Below, piece by piece: positions 39,500 through 55,800 of a stretch of 64,000 nt of DNA. Within the stretch, counting starts at the first letter, position 1, and the number at the start of each line of letters is the position of its first letter. The position numbers and the translations under genes are program-made. The notes under the pieces are model-generated. The model did not search any database. It had not been told where the DNA came from and saw nothing but the letters and a program-made list of their open reading frames with translations. Source of the stretch: Thalia democratica (lineage: Eukaryota); NCBI GenBank assembly GCA_965202585.1, contig OZ241834.1, forward strand, positions 25,606,001 through 25,670,000, written 5' to 3'.

Positions 39500-42400
39500 G
39501 ATGAATGAATTTTAAAGCGACCAAAACGATACTTGCAAGAGTAACTGACTGTGACGAATTGACTGTTGAGCAGTTATGCTTTGCAAGGTATTTTTACTTC
39601 TTAATATAAGCATTAGCATGTTTGTTTAATACATATATGCTTATAAAAACTTAGTTGTCTTATTACGAATGTTGAAAAAGTTCCAGTAAGAAAGAAACCA
39701 CATCTAACTTGTTCTAAAAGTAATTTTTTTAAAAGCATTAGTTTGAAAAGTCCAGAAATAACAGCCTGTATCTTACAGCACACCTCTAAATACATTAAGA
39801 AAAACATAAATGAAACAAAACATGTTAACACACTTCCGACTGAGTTTTCCTTTGCCGCTCACCTAAAGTAATAAAGTTTTAACAAAGCACAAGGTTTTTT
39901 TTACCTCAAACTTAAACAAAATTTCATTATTTCGATTTCATGGAGTTTTGTTAATCGTAATTTCTATCAAGTATGTTCAAGTTAATTACAGTTTAAACTA
40001 ATGTGTAAAAAGTAATTCCAAAGGAATAAAAGATTTCATTTTGTTTAGCTTTACTAGTTATGATTACTCATAATCAATATACTCATAAGCAATGTACTCA
40101 AAACTATTATTAAACAGACAACTAGATAACTTTGTTCTTGCACATACTAGTAACTTACCTTACAACAATGTTTTCCAAACAACCTTTCAAAAACGTGCTG
40201 TACAGTAACTATGATGATACTTGTTTAAAGTTGTAAACTACATTTAAACAAAAATTTTATTTTTCAGTGTATATGAAAAACTAGTTTAACAGGTAAGTAG
40301 TTTAACATTCAATTAGTGTTTCAAACAACTGATTCAAGCTGTTATACAGTTTAAAAAATAACTGATGCAATTTTGCTCGTTAAACTTAAACCTTGATCAA
40401 ACTAAGAACTTTAACTTTGCAGATTTCAACCGAATAAAGTGTGCTGATAAAAGTGAACAAATGGATTTGGTTGTAAATTTTTCAAACAAAATAAAGTTAA
40501 TTAAATTCAAAGAAGTAAATAAGTCGAAAAAGCTTATGAACACTAGCACTAAATTTGAACTTAAACAAAAGCTGATATCTTTTGAATGAAAAATTTTACG
40601 TAAAAAAAGAGGTTGGTTTATTTTTTAAGCAGCATTATATACAAAATAAAATCGAGTAAGAAAATCGAAATGAAAAAGTTTTGAAATAAGATTGACAAAC
40701 TTAGTGTTTGTATAAAGCTTTGTTTACAATCAGCACTCATAACCTTTCAATCTATCTTTGAAACTTTTTAACTGGAAAATAATGCAACTAAGTTTTTTTT
40801 TTAAACTTTGTTTTGTCACTTCTCATAAAGTTTTAAAGTCAGTCGAAACAACATAGAACAACTTGTTACTTTCTTGACACATATTTTGAAACAACAACAG
40901 TACTGTTTTTTAAAGTTTACGATTCAAGTGTTTACCAAGTTAAACATGTGTTTTAACTGCTTTACTGCTAATAGTAATTTCCTAGTTTACTCAACCTAGA
41001 TTAATCATAATGTTCTGTACCATTGATTTCATTGACTAAATGTTTTGCTTTTCAAAATTCGTAACTAGTTATCTCTAACTTACTGTCAATGTAGTTATTT
41101 AGGATAAGTTACATTTTATTCTCGGATGTCGTTAAGAACATAGCTGTTGTAGCAATAACATATAAACTTGAAACAAAGTAACTGTTATCTTATTCAATTA
41201 TAGACCATATAAAACAAAGTATTTGCTTGATTCAAAGTTTTACATTGTTGTTTGCCTATTATGGAACTTGTACTATCACATAATAAGCTGTGAAAAAATG
41301 AAGGTTAAAAAAGTTTTGGTTTTGCTTTGTCCAATTTTTTCTTCTTCTTTAGATTTATAAAACTACACAGCTTAAAGCAACAAGTTACAGTGATTTTAGT
41401 TTACTTATGTATAGCGTACATAACAGTAACAAGCAAATAAGTTTTTTACTTCTTTTCTTTGTATCATGTTTCAGCTAATCAAATGGTTTATTTCATATGC
41501 TTGACAAGATCAGAAAGCTTAAATCAACTAAGTAGATGTAAGCTTTGTAAAATAAAAGATTTATTTATACAACTTCATCATTTTATTAAGATATTTTGTT
41601 GTGTAAATTGTGTACTTGTTAATAGTGTTCTCTTTCTTTTGAACAATCGATGTTGTTTACATTTAAGTGTTACATCAGTTTTGAAATTGTTTCAGTTGTA
41701 ATTTAATTGTAATTGAACAGTATTTTTTAAGGACACTAAACATTGTCTGTTATTAACAGTTTAAAACGTTTTCAGTTAATAAGTCAAAGTTTTATTTTTA
41801 TTTATGTTAAAGCGTACTATTTTCATTGAAAAATATAACTAGTTTTTACAGTGACGTAGGCACAGCTTTTTTAAATAAACTAAAAAACAAATGAAATATT
41901 GAATTAAAAAAGTTTCCACAAAGTAAGCATGAATGAGAATAAGTTTTGTTTTGAAAAGAAAGTTAAAAGGAAAAAGTCTACGAAAAAGACACTCAAGTTA
42001 GTTAAAGCTTTTCACTAAGCACTCATTAATAGTAAGCAATAAAGTAAGGATTAGAGCAGTTATCTAGCTAGAGTTCCCTTCTTAACAGTTGCATAAAAAA
42101 AGTAAAGTAGAGAAATTGTAGCAAGCTAGGTATTTAATTAATAATGAGTTTATAGTTTGGAGGGAAATAGTTTTTTGATTCTTTTTCACCACAAAGTTGA
42201 TTAAGTGTGTGTATTTGTGTTGTTGAGTTTAGTAGTCATTAGTAGCTTGTGTAATTAATTGGTGATCCACCTAATCTTTAGATTCAAAAAGTACATAGCT
42301 TAAAACAAACAAGTACAGTCGTTTTAAGTTGTCTCAAACATAGTTTAAAAAAGAGTTACAAAAAATGGTAACAAGCTGTTCTTTTTTGCCTTTGAATCAT

Positions 42401-43440
42401 TTCGTAATTTGTCATAGCCACAGAAAAAAATGAGTCCAACAAAACAAGTATGAGCTTTGTAAAGAGAAAGATTATTTCAATTGTATGTTTGTTTTAAACA
42501 ACCACTGTTGTTTACATTAATTTGATTGTTCAACTTTTAAACAGATCTTTATTGTTTCATTTGCATTCTGATAAATAAGACTAATACACTTTTGACAATC
42601 AAACCTCCGTTAAATAACTACCATTGAGTATTTTTAATATCAATGCAAAGTAAAGTTTAATATAAGTCTCATTTAATATAATGTCTTATTTAAGCATAAA
42701 TTTTTATGTAGTGACAGATCATTGTTTTTTTAATTAAACTAACAACAAATATCTATTGAGTGTTTTTAAAACAAGTCTACAAAATAAAACGAATAAGAAT
42801 GAGTTTTGTTTAAACAATAAGTTAATTGTATTAATAAGTAATGTAAGTAATAATAATAAGTAATGTATTCGTAACTTTTTTAAACGTGTTACATGTCTTC
42901 AATTGCAATTAAATTGATAAGAAGAACATGTTCAAAAAGTTAAAGCTCGGTTGTGTTACTAATAATCAACAACAACAACTTAAAATAAAGTCAAAACTAA
43001 GACTTTGCTTGTTATAAGTGATATGAATTTTTGTTTAATAAGATGATACTTTTTTGTAAGCACTTATTTATTGAACTTTTTAACAGAACTTCAACAAATG
43101 AATAAAAGAAAGTCTTTTGTATAAAACGTATTCAGATGAAAAATCTTACGGACAACATAATCAAGTTAGCTAAACCTCTTTTACAAAGCATTTGATTACA
43201 AGCACTACTACTGTTTTTATCATATTAGACTAATGCAATGCTTTTTATACAACATAACGAGTTACAAATTTATAAAGCATTTAAAACAATAAAAATAGTG
43301 TGTTTATTTAAGTATTTGAATTTTTAATTTACACAAATAAGAACTTATTTGTACTAAGCTTATATTCTTGTACTTTAAGTGAGCATGAACAGCTGGTTCT
43401 ATTCTAATGGTGGTCCTAAAAAGGACCGGTTGTTGAGCGT

Positions 43441-43800
43441 TTATTTTGAGCTGGTGTATTTGGTAACAGCTTTAGTTCCTTCTGAAACTGCGTGCTTTGA
43501 CAACTCGCCGGGGAGTAAGAGCCTGACAGCAGTTTGAATTTCGCGGCTGCTAACAGTTGACCTCTTGTTGTAATGAGCCAAACGTGAAGCCTCTGCTGCA
43601 ATGCGCTCGAAGATGTCGTTGACAAAAGAGTTCATGATTCCCATCGCCTTGCTGGAAATTCCGGTGTCGGGGTGCACTTGCTTCAAAACTTTGTACACAT
43701 AGATGCCAAAGCTTTCTTTGTTCCTCCTCCTTCGCTTCTTCTTGCCGTCGACCGGAGCGGTCTTGGCTACTGACTTCTTCGCGCCTTTGGTTGCTGTCAT
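43441..43800 (-). CDS. H2B: Histone H2B (unit 3)
   Basis: Same protein as unit 1; ATG at 43800. Confidence 0.97.
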   Translation of the reverse strand: MTATKGAKKSVAKTAPVDGKKKRRRRNKESFGIYVYKVLKQVHPDTGISSKAMGIMNSFVNDIFERIAAEASRLAHYNKRSTVSSREIQTAVRLLLPGELSKHAVSEGTKAVTKYTSSK

Positions 43801-43965
43801 GATGATGTGTGGACTTCTGTCTCGGCGCCGGTTTATATGCTGTAAAATTATGCAAATTAGCATAGTTCCGTACGCGAACGATAGCTGGTTTCTCTCACTT
43901 CACAATTCTCTCGTTTGTTGTAAATATTTTTGGTGGTCCTGAAAAGGACCTGGTTTTTTTCTAAC

Positions 43966-44346
43966 TTAGGCTGACTTTTTTGAAGCGGTCTTCTTAGGCA
44001 ATAGTACTGCCTGGATGTTTGGAAGAACACCACCTTGAGCAATTGTGACGCCTCCGAGAAGTTTGTTCAACTCTTCGTCGTTGCGAATAGCTAGTTGCAA
44101 ATGGCGAGGAATGATCCTGCTTTTCTTGTTGTCACGAGCAGCGTTACCGGCAAGCTCGAGCACTTCTGCGCTCAAGTACTCGAGAACGGCAGCCAGATAA
44201 ACTGGAGCACCAGCTCCGACTCTTTGGCTGTAGTTGCCGGTGCGCAACAGGCGGTGCACGCGACCGACTGGAAACTGCAGTCCTGCACGGGAAGACCTGC
44301 TCTTCGGCTTAGATTTGAGTTTTGATCCTTTACCACGTCCTGACAT
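43966..44346 (-). CDS. H2A: Histone H2A (unit 3)
   Basis: Same protein as unit 1; ATG at 44346. Confidence 0.97.
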   Translation of the reverse strand: MSGRGKGSKLKSKPKSRSSRAGLQFPVGRVHRLLRTGNYSQRVGAGAPVYLAAVLEYLSAEVLELAGNAARDNKKSRIIPRHLQLAIRNDEELNKLLGGVTIAQGGVLPNIQAVLLPKKTASKKSA

Positions 44347-44528
44347 TTTGTTGTTCGAATGATTGTGATGATAGCTTGCACAGCTCAATATACAACTCAT
44401 ACCTAACCGCGTCGAACGAAAAACTAATTTGCATATGTCATAGCTAATGCTTAATCTTGTCAAAAGTGTTGTAAAACTTTTATATTGAATTAGGTGGTCC
44501 TAAAAAGGACCGGGTTTGCTAAAAGCGA

Positions 44529-44876
<348 letters not shown>

Positions 44877-45028
44877 TTATATACAAGCTGTTACGGACGC
44901 GTACGGTTACTACTAACTAGTTTGCATACTCCAAAAAGTCTTTTAACTTACATTTTTTCGTTTGGTTAAGTTTTTCTCACTGTCAAAGTTTTAAGGTGGC
45001 CCTGAAAAGGACCGGTTTTAGCTAACGC

Positions 45029-45520
<492 letters not shown>

Positions 45521-45615
45521 CTAATTTGCATATTTTCAACTTAGCATTGTTTTATGCATTTTGAGTTATATTTTGTTTGAGTGGTCCTGAAAAGGACCTT
45601 GGGTAAAAGAACAAC

Positions 45616-46176
45616 TTATTTTTTGCAGCTCTTCTTCTTGGATGCTTTTTTGGCTGCCGGCTTCTTCTTGGTTACTTTCTTCTTCTTGCTTGCAGCTTTT
45701 TTAGATGCTGCCTTCTTAGGAGCGCACTTTTTAGCAGGTCGCTTTTTGGCTGCTGGTTTTTTTGCAGCCTTCTTGGGAGCACACTTCTTTTTTGGTTTTT
45801 TAGCTGGGGCCTTCTTTGCTGCTGGCTTTTTAGCTACTTTCTTTGTCCTCTTCTTGGGCCCAGCAGCTGGCATTGGAGCAAGCTTGAACGAGCCAGAAGC
45901 GCCTTTTCCAGTAGTCTGGAGAAAAGCACCTTTGGTCACGCCGCTGGTAAGTGCTCTCTTCAAGTGAGAATTGGAAGCTGTGAGGTCAAGCTTGTAGGTG
46001 TCCGCGATATACTTTTGTATCTTCTGGCGGGATGTACCTTTTCGTTCCTTCATTGCTCCAAGGGCAGAGCTAATCATTTCCCTGTAAGTAGGGTGCTCTG
46101 CCTTCTTGGCGCTTGGTCTCTTGGAAGACCTGGCTGCGGCTGGCGCTGGTACTGCTGCTACTGCTGTGGTAGACAT
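45616..46176 (-). CDS. H1: Histone H1 (unit 3), 186 aa
   Basis: Same protein as unit 2. Confidence 0.96.
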   Translation of the reverse strand: MSTTAVAAVPAPAAARSSKRPSAKKAEHPTYREMISSALGAMKERKGTSRQKIQKYIADTYKLDLTASNSHLKRALTSGVTKGAFLQTTGKGASGSFKLAPMPAAGPKKRTKKVAKKPAAKKAPAKKPKKKCAPKKAAKKPAAKKRPAKKCAPKKAASKKAASKKKKVTKKKPAAKKASKKKSCKK

Positions 46177-49100
46177 GATGAATGAATTTTAAAGCGACCA
46201 AAACGATACTTGCAAGAGTAACTGACTGTGACGAATTGACTGTTGAGCAGTTATGCTTTGCAAGGTATTTTTACTTCTTAATATAAGCATTAGCATGTTT
46301 GTTTAATACATATATGCTTATAAAAACTTAGTTGTCTTATTACGAATGTTGAAAAAGTTCCAGTAAGAAAGAAACCACATCTAACTTGTTCTAAAAGTAA
46401 TTTTTTTAAAAGCATTAGTTTGAAAAGTCCAGAAATAACAGCCTGTATCTTACAGCACACCTCTAAATACATTAAGAAAAACATAAATGAAACAAAACAT
46501 GTTAACACACTTCCGACTGAGTTTTCCTTTGCCGCTCACCTAAAGTAATAAAGTTTTAACAAAGCACAAGGTTTTTTTTACCTCAAACTTAAACAAAATT
46601 TCATTATTTCGATTTCATGGAGTTTTGTTAATCGTAATTTCTATCAAGTATGTTCAAGTTAATTACAGTTTAAACTAATGTGTAAAAAGTAATTCCAAAG
46701 GAATAAAAGATTTCATTTTGTTTAGCTTTACTAGTTATGATTACTCATAATCAATATACTCATAAGCAATGTACTCAAAACTATTATTAAACAGACAACT
46801 AGATAACTTTGTTCTTGCACATACTAGTAACTTACCTTACAACAATGTTTTCCAAACAACCTTTCAAAAACGTGCTGTACAGTAACTATGATGATACTTG
46901 TTTAAAGTTGTAAACTACATTTAAACAAAAATTTTATTTTTCAGTGTATATGAAAAACTAGTTTAACAGGTAAGTAGTTTAACATTCAATTAGTGTTTCA
47001 AACAACTGATTCAAGCTGTTATACAGTTTAAAAAATAACTGATGCAATTTTGCTCGTTAAACTTAAACCTTGATCAAACTAAGAACTTTAACTTTGCAGA
47101 TTTCAACCGAATAAAGTGTGCTGATAAAAGTGAACAAATGGATTTGGTTGTAAATTTTTCAAACAAAATAAAGTTAATTAAATTCAAAGAAGTAAATAAG
47201 TCGAAAAAGCTTATGAACACTAGCACTAAATTTGAACTTAAACAAAAGCTGATATCTTTTGAATGAAAAATTTTACGTAAAAAAAGAGGTTGGTTTATTT
47301 TTTAAGCAGCATTATATACAAAATAAAATCGAGTAAGAAAATCGAAATGAAAAAGTTTTGAAATAAGATTGACAAACTTAGTGTTTGTATAAAGCTTTGT
47401 TTACAATCAGCACTCATAACCTTTCAATCTATCTTTGAAACTTTTTAACTGGAAAATAATGCAACTAAGTTTTTTTTTTAAACTTTGTTTTGTCACTTCT
47501 CATAAAGTTTTAAAGTCAGTCGAAACAACATAGAACAACTTGTTACTTTCTTGACACATATTTTGAAACAACAACAGTACTGTTTTTTAAAGTTTACGAT
47601 TCAAGTGTTTACCAAGTTAAACATGTGTTTTAACTGCTTTACTGCTAATAGTAATTTCCTAGTTTACTCAACCTAGATTAATCATAATGTTCTGTACCAT
47701 TGATTTCATTGACTAAATGTTTTGCTTTTCAAAATTCGTAACTAGTTATCTCTAACTTACTGTCAATGTAGTTATTTAGGATAAGTTACATTTTATTCTC
47801 GGATGTCGTTAAGAACATAGCTGTTGTAGCAATAACATATAAACTTGAAACAAAGTAACTGTTATCTTATTCAATTATAGACCATATAAAACAAAGTATT
47901 TGCTTGATTCAAAGTTTTACATTGTTGTTTGCCTATTATGGAACTTGTACTATCACATAATAAGCTGTGAAAAAATGAAGGTTAAAAAAGTTTTGGTTTT
48001 GCTTTGTCCAATTTTTTCTTCTTCTTTAGATTTATAAAACTACACAGCTTAAAGCAACAAGTTACAGTGATTTTAGTTTACTTATGTATAGCGTACATAA
48101 CAGTAACAAGCAAATAAGTTTTTTACTTCTTTTCTTTGTATCATGTTTCAGCTAATCAAATGGTTTATTTCATATGCTTGACAAGATCAGAAAGCTTAAA
48201 TCAACTAAGTAGATGTAAGCTTTGTAAAATAAAAGATTTATTTATACAACTTCATCATTTTATTAAGATATTTTGTTGTGTAAATTGTGTACTTGTTAAT
48301 AGTGTTCTCTTTCTTTTGAACAATCGATGTTGTTTACATTTAAGTGTTACATCAGTTTTGAAATTGTTTCAGTTGTAATTTAATTGTAATTGAACAGTAT
48401 TTTTTAAGGACACTAAACATTGTCTGTTATTAACAGTTTAAAACGTTTTCAGTTAATAAGTCAAAGTTTTATTTTTATTTATGTTAAAGCGTACTATTTT
48501 CATTGAAAAATATAACTAGTTTTTACAGTGACGTAGGCACAGCTTTTTTAAATAAACTAAAAAACAAATGAAATATTGAATTAAAAAAGTTTCCACAAAG
48601 TAAGCATGAATGAGAATAAGTTTTGTTTTGAAAAGAAAGTTAAAAGGAAAAAGTCTACGAAAAAGACACTCAAGTTAGTTAAAGCTTTTCACTAAGCACT
48701 CATTAATAGTAAGCAATAAAGTAAGGATTAGAGCAGTTATCTAGCTAGAGTTCCCTTCTTAACAGTTGCATAAAAAAAGTAAAGTAGAGAAATTGTAGCA
48801 AGCTAGGTATTTAATTAATAATGAGTTTATAGTTTGGAGGGAAATAGTTTTTTGATTCTTTTTCACCACAAAGTTGATTAAGTGTGTGTATTTGTGTTGT
48901 TGAGTTTAGTAGTCATTAGTAGCTTGTGTAATTAATTGGTGATCCACCTAATCTTTAGATTCAAAAAGTACATAGCTTAAAACAAACAAGTACAGTCGTT
49001 TTAAGTTGTCTCAAACATAGTTTAAAAAAGAGTTACAAAAAATGGTAACAAGCTGTTCTTTTTTGCCTTTGAATCATTTCGTAATTTGTCATAGCCACAG

Positions 49101-50117
49101 AAAAAAATGAGTCCAACAAAACAAGTATGAGCTTTGTAAAGAGAAAGATTATTTCAATTGTATGTTTGTTTTAAACAACCACTGTTGTTTACATTAATTT
49201 GATTGTTCAACTTTTAAACAGATCTTTATTGTTTCATTTGCATTCTGATAAATAAGACTAATACACTTTTGACAATCAAACCTCCGTTAAATAACTACCA
49301 TTGAGTATTTTTAATATCAATGCAAAGTAAAGTTTAATATAAGTCTCATTTAATATAATGTCTTATTTAAGCATAAATTTTTATGTAGTGACAGATCATT
49401 GTTTTTTTAATTAAACTAACAACAAATATCTATTGAGTGTTTTTAAAACAAGTCTACAAAATAAAACGAATAAGAATGAGTTTTGTTTAAACAATAAGTT
49501 AATTGTATTAATAAGTAATGTAAGTAATAATAATAAGTAATGTATTCGTAACTTTTTTAAACGTGTTACATGTCTTCAATTGCAATTAAATTGATAAGAA
49601 GAACATGTTCAAAAAGTTAAAGCTCGGTTGTGTTACTAATAATCAACAACAACAACTTAAAATAAAGTCAAAACTAAGACTTTGCTTGTTATAAGTGATA
49701 TGAATTTTTGTTTAATAAGATGATACTTTTTTGTAAGCACTTATTTATTGAACTTTTTAACAGAACTTCAACAAATGAATAAAAGAAAGTCTTTTGTATA
49801 AAACGTATTCAGATGAAAAATCTTACGGACAACATAATCAAGTTAGCTAAACCTCTTTTACAAAGCATTTGATTACAAGCACTACTACTGTTTTTATCAT
49901 ATTAGACTAATGCAATGCTTTTTATACAACATAACGAGTTACAAATTTATAAAGCATTTAAAACAATAAAAATAGTGTGTTTATTTAAGTATTTGAATTT
50001 TTAATTTACACAAATAAGAACTTATTTGTACTAAGCTTATATTCTTGTACTTTAAGTGAGCATGAACAGCTGGTTCTATTCTAATGGTGGTCCTAAAAAG
50101 GACCGGTTGTTGAGCGT

Positions 50118-50477
50118 TTATTTTGAGCTGGTGTATTTGGTAACAGCTTTAGTTCCTTCTGAAACTGCGTGCTTTGACAACTCGCCGGGGAGTAAGAGCC
50201 TGACAGCAGTTTGAATTTCGCGGCTGCTAACAGTTGACCTCTTGTTGTAATGAGCCAAACGTGAAGCCTCTGCTGCAATGCGCTCGAAGATGTCGTTGAC
50301 AAAAGAGTTCATGATTCCCATCGCCTTGCTGGAAATTCCGGTGTCGGGGTGCACTTGCTTCAAAACTTTGTACACATAGATGCCAAAGCTTTCTTTGTTC
50401 CTCCTCCTTCGCTTCTTCTTGCCGTCGACCGGAGCGGTCTTGGCTACTGACTTCTTCGCGCCTTTGGTTGCTGTCAT
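50118..50477 (-). CDS. H2B: Histone H2B (unit 4)
   Basis: Same protein as unit 1; ATG at 50477. Confidence 0.97.
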   Translation of the reverse strand: MTATKGAKKSVAKTAPVDGKKKRRRRNKESFGIYVYKVLKQVHPDTGISSKAMGIMNSFVNDIFERIAAEASRLAHYNKRSTVSSREIQTAVRLLLPGELSKHAVSEGTKAVTKYTSSK

Positions 50478-50642
50478 GATGATGTGTGGACTTCTGTCTC
50501 GGCGCCGGTTTATATGCTGTAAAATTATGCAAATTAGCATAGTTCCGTACGCGAACGATAGCTGGTTTCTCTCACTTCACAATTCTCTCGTTTGTTGTAA
50601 ATATTTTTGGTGGTCCTGAAAAGGACCTGGTTTTTTTCTAAC

Positions 50643-51023
50643 TTAGGCTGACTTTTTTGAAGCGGTCTTCTTAGGCAATAGTACTGCCTGGATGTTTGGA
50701 AGAACACCACCTTGAGCAATTGTGACGCCTCCGAGAAGTTTGTTCAACTCTTCGTCGTTGCGAATAGCTAGTTGCAAATGGCGAGGAATGATCCTGCTTT
50801 TCTTGTTGTCACGAGCAGCGTTACCGGCAAGCTCGAGCACTTCTGCGCTCAAGTACTCGAGAACGGCAGCCAGATAAACTGGAGCACCAGCTCCGACTCT
50901 TTGGCTGTAGTTGCCGGTGCGCAACAGGCGGTGCACGCGACCGACTGGAAACTGCAGTCCTGCACGGGAAGACCTGCTCTTCGGCTTAGATTTGAGTTTT
51001 GATCCTTTACCACGTCCTGACAT
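50643..51023 (-). CDS. H2A: Histone H2A (unit 4)
   Basis: Same protein as unit 1; ATG at 51023. Confidence 0.97.
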   Translation of the reverse strand: MSGRGKGSKLKSKPKSRSSRAGLQFPVGRVHRLLRTGNYSQRVGAGAPVYLAAVLEYLSAEVLELAGNAARDNKKSRIIPRHLQLAIRNDEELNKLLGGVTIAQGGVLPNIQAVLLPKKTASKKSA

Positions 51024-51205
51024 TTTGTTGTTCGAATGATTGTGATGATAGCTTGCACAGCTCAATATACAACTCATACCTAACCGCGTCGAACGAAAAA
51101 CTAATTTGCATATGTCATAGCTAATGCTTAATCTTGTCAAAAGTGTTGTAAAACTTTTATATTGAATTAGGTGGTCCTAAAAAGGACCGGGTTTGCTAAA
51201 AGCGA

Positions 51206-51553
<348 letters not shown>

Positions 51554-51705
51554 TTATATACAAGCTGTTACGGATGCGTACGGTTACTACTAACTAATTT
51601 GCATACTCCAAAAAGTCTCTTAACTTACATTTTTTCGTTTGGTTAAGTTTTTCTCACTGTCAAAGTTTTAAGGTGGCCCTGAAAAGGACCGGTTTTAGCT
51701 AACGC

Positions 51706-52197
<492 letters not shown>

Positions 52198-52292
52198 CTA
52201 ATTTGCATATTTTCAACTTAGCATTGTTTTATGCATTTTGAGTTATATTTTGTTTGAGTGGTCCTGAAAAGGACCTTGGGTAAAAGAACAAC

Positions 52293-52853
52293 TTATTTTT
52301 TGCAGCTCTTCTTCTTGGATGCTTTTTTGGCTGCCGGCTTCTTCTTGGTTACTTTCTTCTTCTTGCTTGCAGCTTTTTTAGATGCTGCCTTCTTAGGAGC
52401 GCACTTTTTAGCAGGTCGCTTTTTGGCTGCTGGTTTTTTTGCAGCCTTCTTGGGAGCACACTTCTTTTTTGGTTTTTTAGCTGGGGCCTTCTTTGCTGCT
52501 GGCTTTTTAGCTACTTTCTTTGTCCTCTTCTTGGGCCCAGCAGCTGGCATTGGAGCAAGCTTGAACGAGCCAGAAGCGCCTTTTCCAGTAGTCTGGAGAA
52601 AAGCACCTTTGGTCACGCCGCTGGTAAGTGCTCTCTTCAAGTGAGAATTGGAAGCTGTGAGGTCAAGCTTGTAGGTGTCCGCGATATACTTTTGTATCTT
52701 CTGGCGGGATGTACCTTTTCGTTCCTTCATTGCTCCAAGGGCAGAGCTAATCATTTCCCTGTAAGTAGGGTGCTCTGCCTTCTTGGCGCTTGGTCTCTTG
52801 GAAGACCTGGCTGCGGCTGGCGCTGGTACTGCTGCTACTGCTGTGGTAGACAT
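52293..52853 (-). CDS. H1: Histone H1 (unit 4), 186 aa
   Basis: Same protein as unit 2. Confidence 0.96.
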   Translation of the reverse strand: MSTTAVAAVPAPAAARSSKRPSAKKAEHPTYREMISSALGAMKERKGTSRQKIQKYIADTYKLDLTASNSHLKRALTSGVTKGAFLQTTGKGASGSFKLAPMPAAGPKKRTKKVAKKPAAKKAPAKKPKKKCAPKKAAKKPAAKKRPAKKCAPKKAASKKAASKKKKVTKKKPAAKKASKKKSCKK

Positions 52854-55800
52854 GATGAATGAATTTTAAAGCGACCAAAACGATACTTGCAAGAGTAACT
52901 GACTGTGACGAATTGACTGTTGAGCAGTTATGCTTTGCAAGGTACCTTTTACTTCTTAATATAAGCATTAGCATGTTTGTTTAATACATATATGCTTATA
53001 AAAACTTAGTTGTCTTATTACGAATGTTGAAAAAGTTCCAGTAAGAAAGAAACCACATCTAACTTGTTCTAAAAGTAATTTTTTTAAAAGCATTAGTTTG
53101 AAAAGTCCAGAAATAACAGCCTGTATCTTACAGCACACCTCTAAATACATTAAGAAAAACATAAATGAAACAAAACATGTTAACACACTTCCGACTGAGT
53201 TTTCCTTTGCCGCTCACCTAAAGTAATAAAGTTTTAACAAAGCACAAGGTTTTTTTTACCTCAAACTTAAACAAAATTTCATTATTTCGATTTCATGGAG
53301 TTTTGTTAATCGTAATTTCTATCAAGTATGTTCAAGTTAATTACAGTTTAAACTAATGTGTAAAAAGTAATTCCAAAGGAATAAAAGATTTCATTTTGTT
53401 TAGCTTTACTAGTTATGATTACTCATAATCAATATACTCATAAGCAATGTACTCAAAACTATTATTAAACAGACAACTAGATAACTTTGTTCTTGCACAT
53501 ACTAGTAACTTACCTTACAACAATGTTTTCCAAACAACCTTTCAAAAACGTGCTGTACAGTAACTATGATGATACTTGTTTAAAGTTGTAAACTACATTT
53601 AAACAAAAATTTTATTTTTCAGTGTATATGAAAAACTAGTTTAACAGGTAAGTAGTTTAACATTCAATTAGTGTTTCAAACAACTGATTCAAGCTGTTAT
53701 ACAGTTTAAAAAATAACTGATGCAATTTTGCTCGTTAAACTTAAACCTTGATCAAACTAAGAACTTTAACTTTGCAGATTTCAACCGAATAAAGTGTGCT
53801 GATAAAAGTGAACAAATGGATTTGGTTGTAAATTTTTCAAACAAAATAAAGTTAATTAAATTCAAAGAAGTAAATAAGTCGAAAAAGCTTATGAACACTA
53901 GCACTAAATTTGAACTTAAACAAAAGCTGATATCTTTTGAATGAAAAATTTTACGTAAAAAAAGAGGTTGGTTTATTTTTTAAGCAGCATTATATACAAA
54001 ATAAAATCGAGTAAGAAAATCGAAATGAAAAAGTTTTGAAATAAGATTGACAAACTTAGTGTTTGTATAAAGCTTTGTTTACAATCAGCACTCATAACCT
54101 TTCAATCTATCTTTGAAACTTTTTAACTGGAAAATAATGCAACTAAGTTTTTTTTTTAAACTTTGTTTTGTCACTTCTCATAAAGTTTTAAAGTCAGTCG
54201 AAACAACATAGAACAACTTGTTACTTTCTTGACACATATTTTGAAACAACAACAGTACTGTTTTTTAAAGTTTACGATTCAAGTGTTTACCAAGTTAAAC
54301 ATGTGTTTTAACTGCTTTACTGCTAATAGTAATTTCCTAGTTTACTCAACCTAGATTAATCATAATGTTCTGTACCATTGATTTCATTGACTAAATGTTT
54401 TGCTTTTCAAAATTCGTAACTAGTTATCTCTAACTTACTGTCAATGTAGTTATTTAGGATAAGTTACATTTTATTCTCGGATGTCGTTAAGAACATAGCT
54501 GTTGTAGCAATAACATATAAACTTGAAACAAAGTAACTGTTATCTTATTCAATTATAGACCATATAAAACAAAGTATTTGCTTGATTCAAAGTTTTACAT
54601 TGTTGTTTGCCTATTATGGAACTTGTACTATCACATAATAAGCTGTGAAAAAATGAAGGTTAAAAAAGTTTTGGTTTTGCTTTGTCCAATTTTTTCTTCT
54701 TCTTTAGATTTATAAAACTACACAGCTTAAAGCAACAAGTTACAGTGATTTTAGTTTACTTATGTATAGCGTACATAACAGTAACAAGCAAATAAGTTTT
54801 TTACTTCTTTTCTTTGTATCATGTTTCAGCTAATCAAATGGTTTATTTCATATGCTTGACAAGATCAGAAAGCTTAAATCAACTAAGTAGATGTAAGCTT
54901 TGTAAAATAAAAGATTTATTTATACAACTTCATCATTTTATTAAGATATTTTGTTGTGTAAATTGTGTACTTGTTAATAGTGTTCTCTTTCTTTTGAACA
55001 ATCGATGTTGTTTACATTTAAGTGTTACATCAGTTTTGAAATTGTTTCAGTTGTAATTTAATTGTAATTGAACAGTATTTTTTAAGGACACTAAACATTG
55101 TCTGTTATTAACAGTTTAAAACGTTTTCAGTTAATAAGTCAAAGTTTTATTTTTATTTATGTTAAAGCGTACTATTTTCATTGAAAAATATAACTAGTTT
55201 TTACAGTGACGTAGGCACAGCTTTTTTAAATAAACTAAAAAACAAATGAAATATTGAATTAAAAAAGTTTCCACAAAGTAAGCATGAATGAGAATAAGTT
55301 TTGTTTTGAAAAGAAAGTTAAAAGGAAAAAGTCTACGAAAAAGACACTCAAGTTAGTTAAAGCTTTTCACTAAGCACTCATTAATAGTAAGCAATAAAGT
55401 AAGGATTAGAGCAGTTATCTAGCTAGAGTTCCCTTCTTAACAGTTGCATAAAAAAAAGTAAAGTAGAGAAATTGTAGCAAGCTAGGTATTTAATTAATAA
55501 TGAGTTTATAGTTTGGAGGGAAATAGTTTTTTGATTCTTTTTCACCACAAAGTTGATTAAGTGTGTGTATTTGTGTTGTTGAGTTTAGTAGTCATTAGTA
55601 GCTTGTGTAATTAATTGGTGATCCACCTAATCTTTAGATTCAAAAAGTACATAGCTTAAAACAAACAAGTACAGTCGTTTTAAGTTGTCTCAAACATAGT
55701 TTAAAAAAGAGTTACAAAAAATGGTAACAAGCTGTTCTTTTTTGCCTTTGAATCATTTCGTAATTTGTCATAGCCACAGAAAAAAATGAGTCCAACAAAA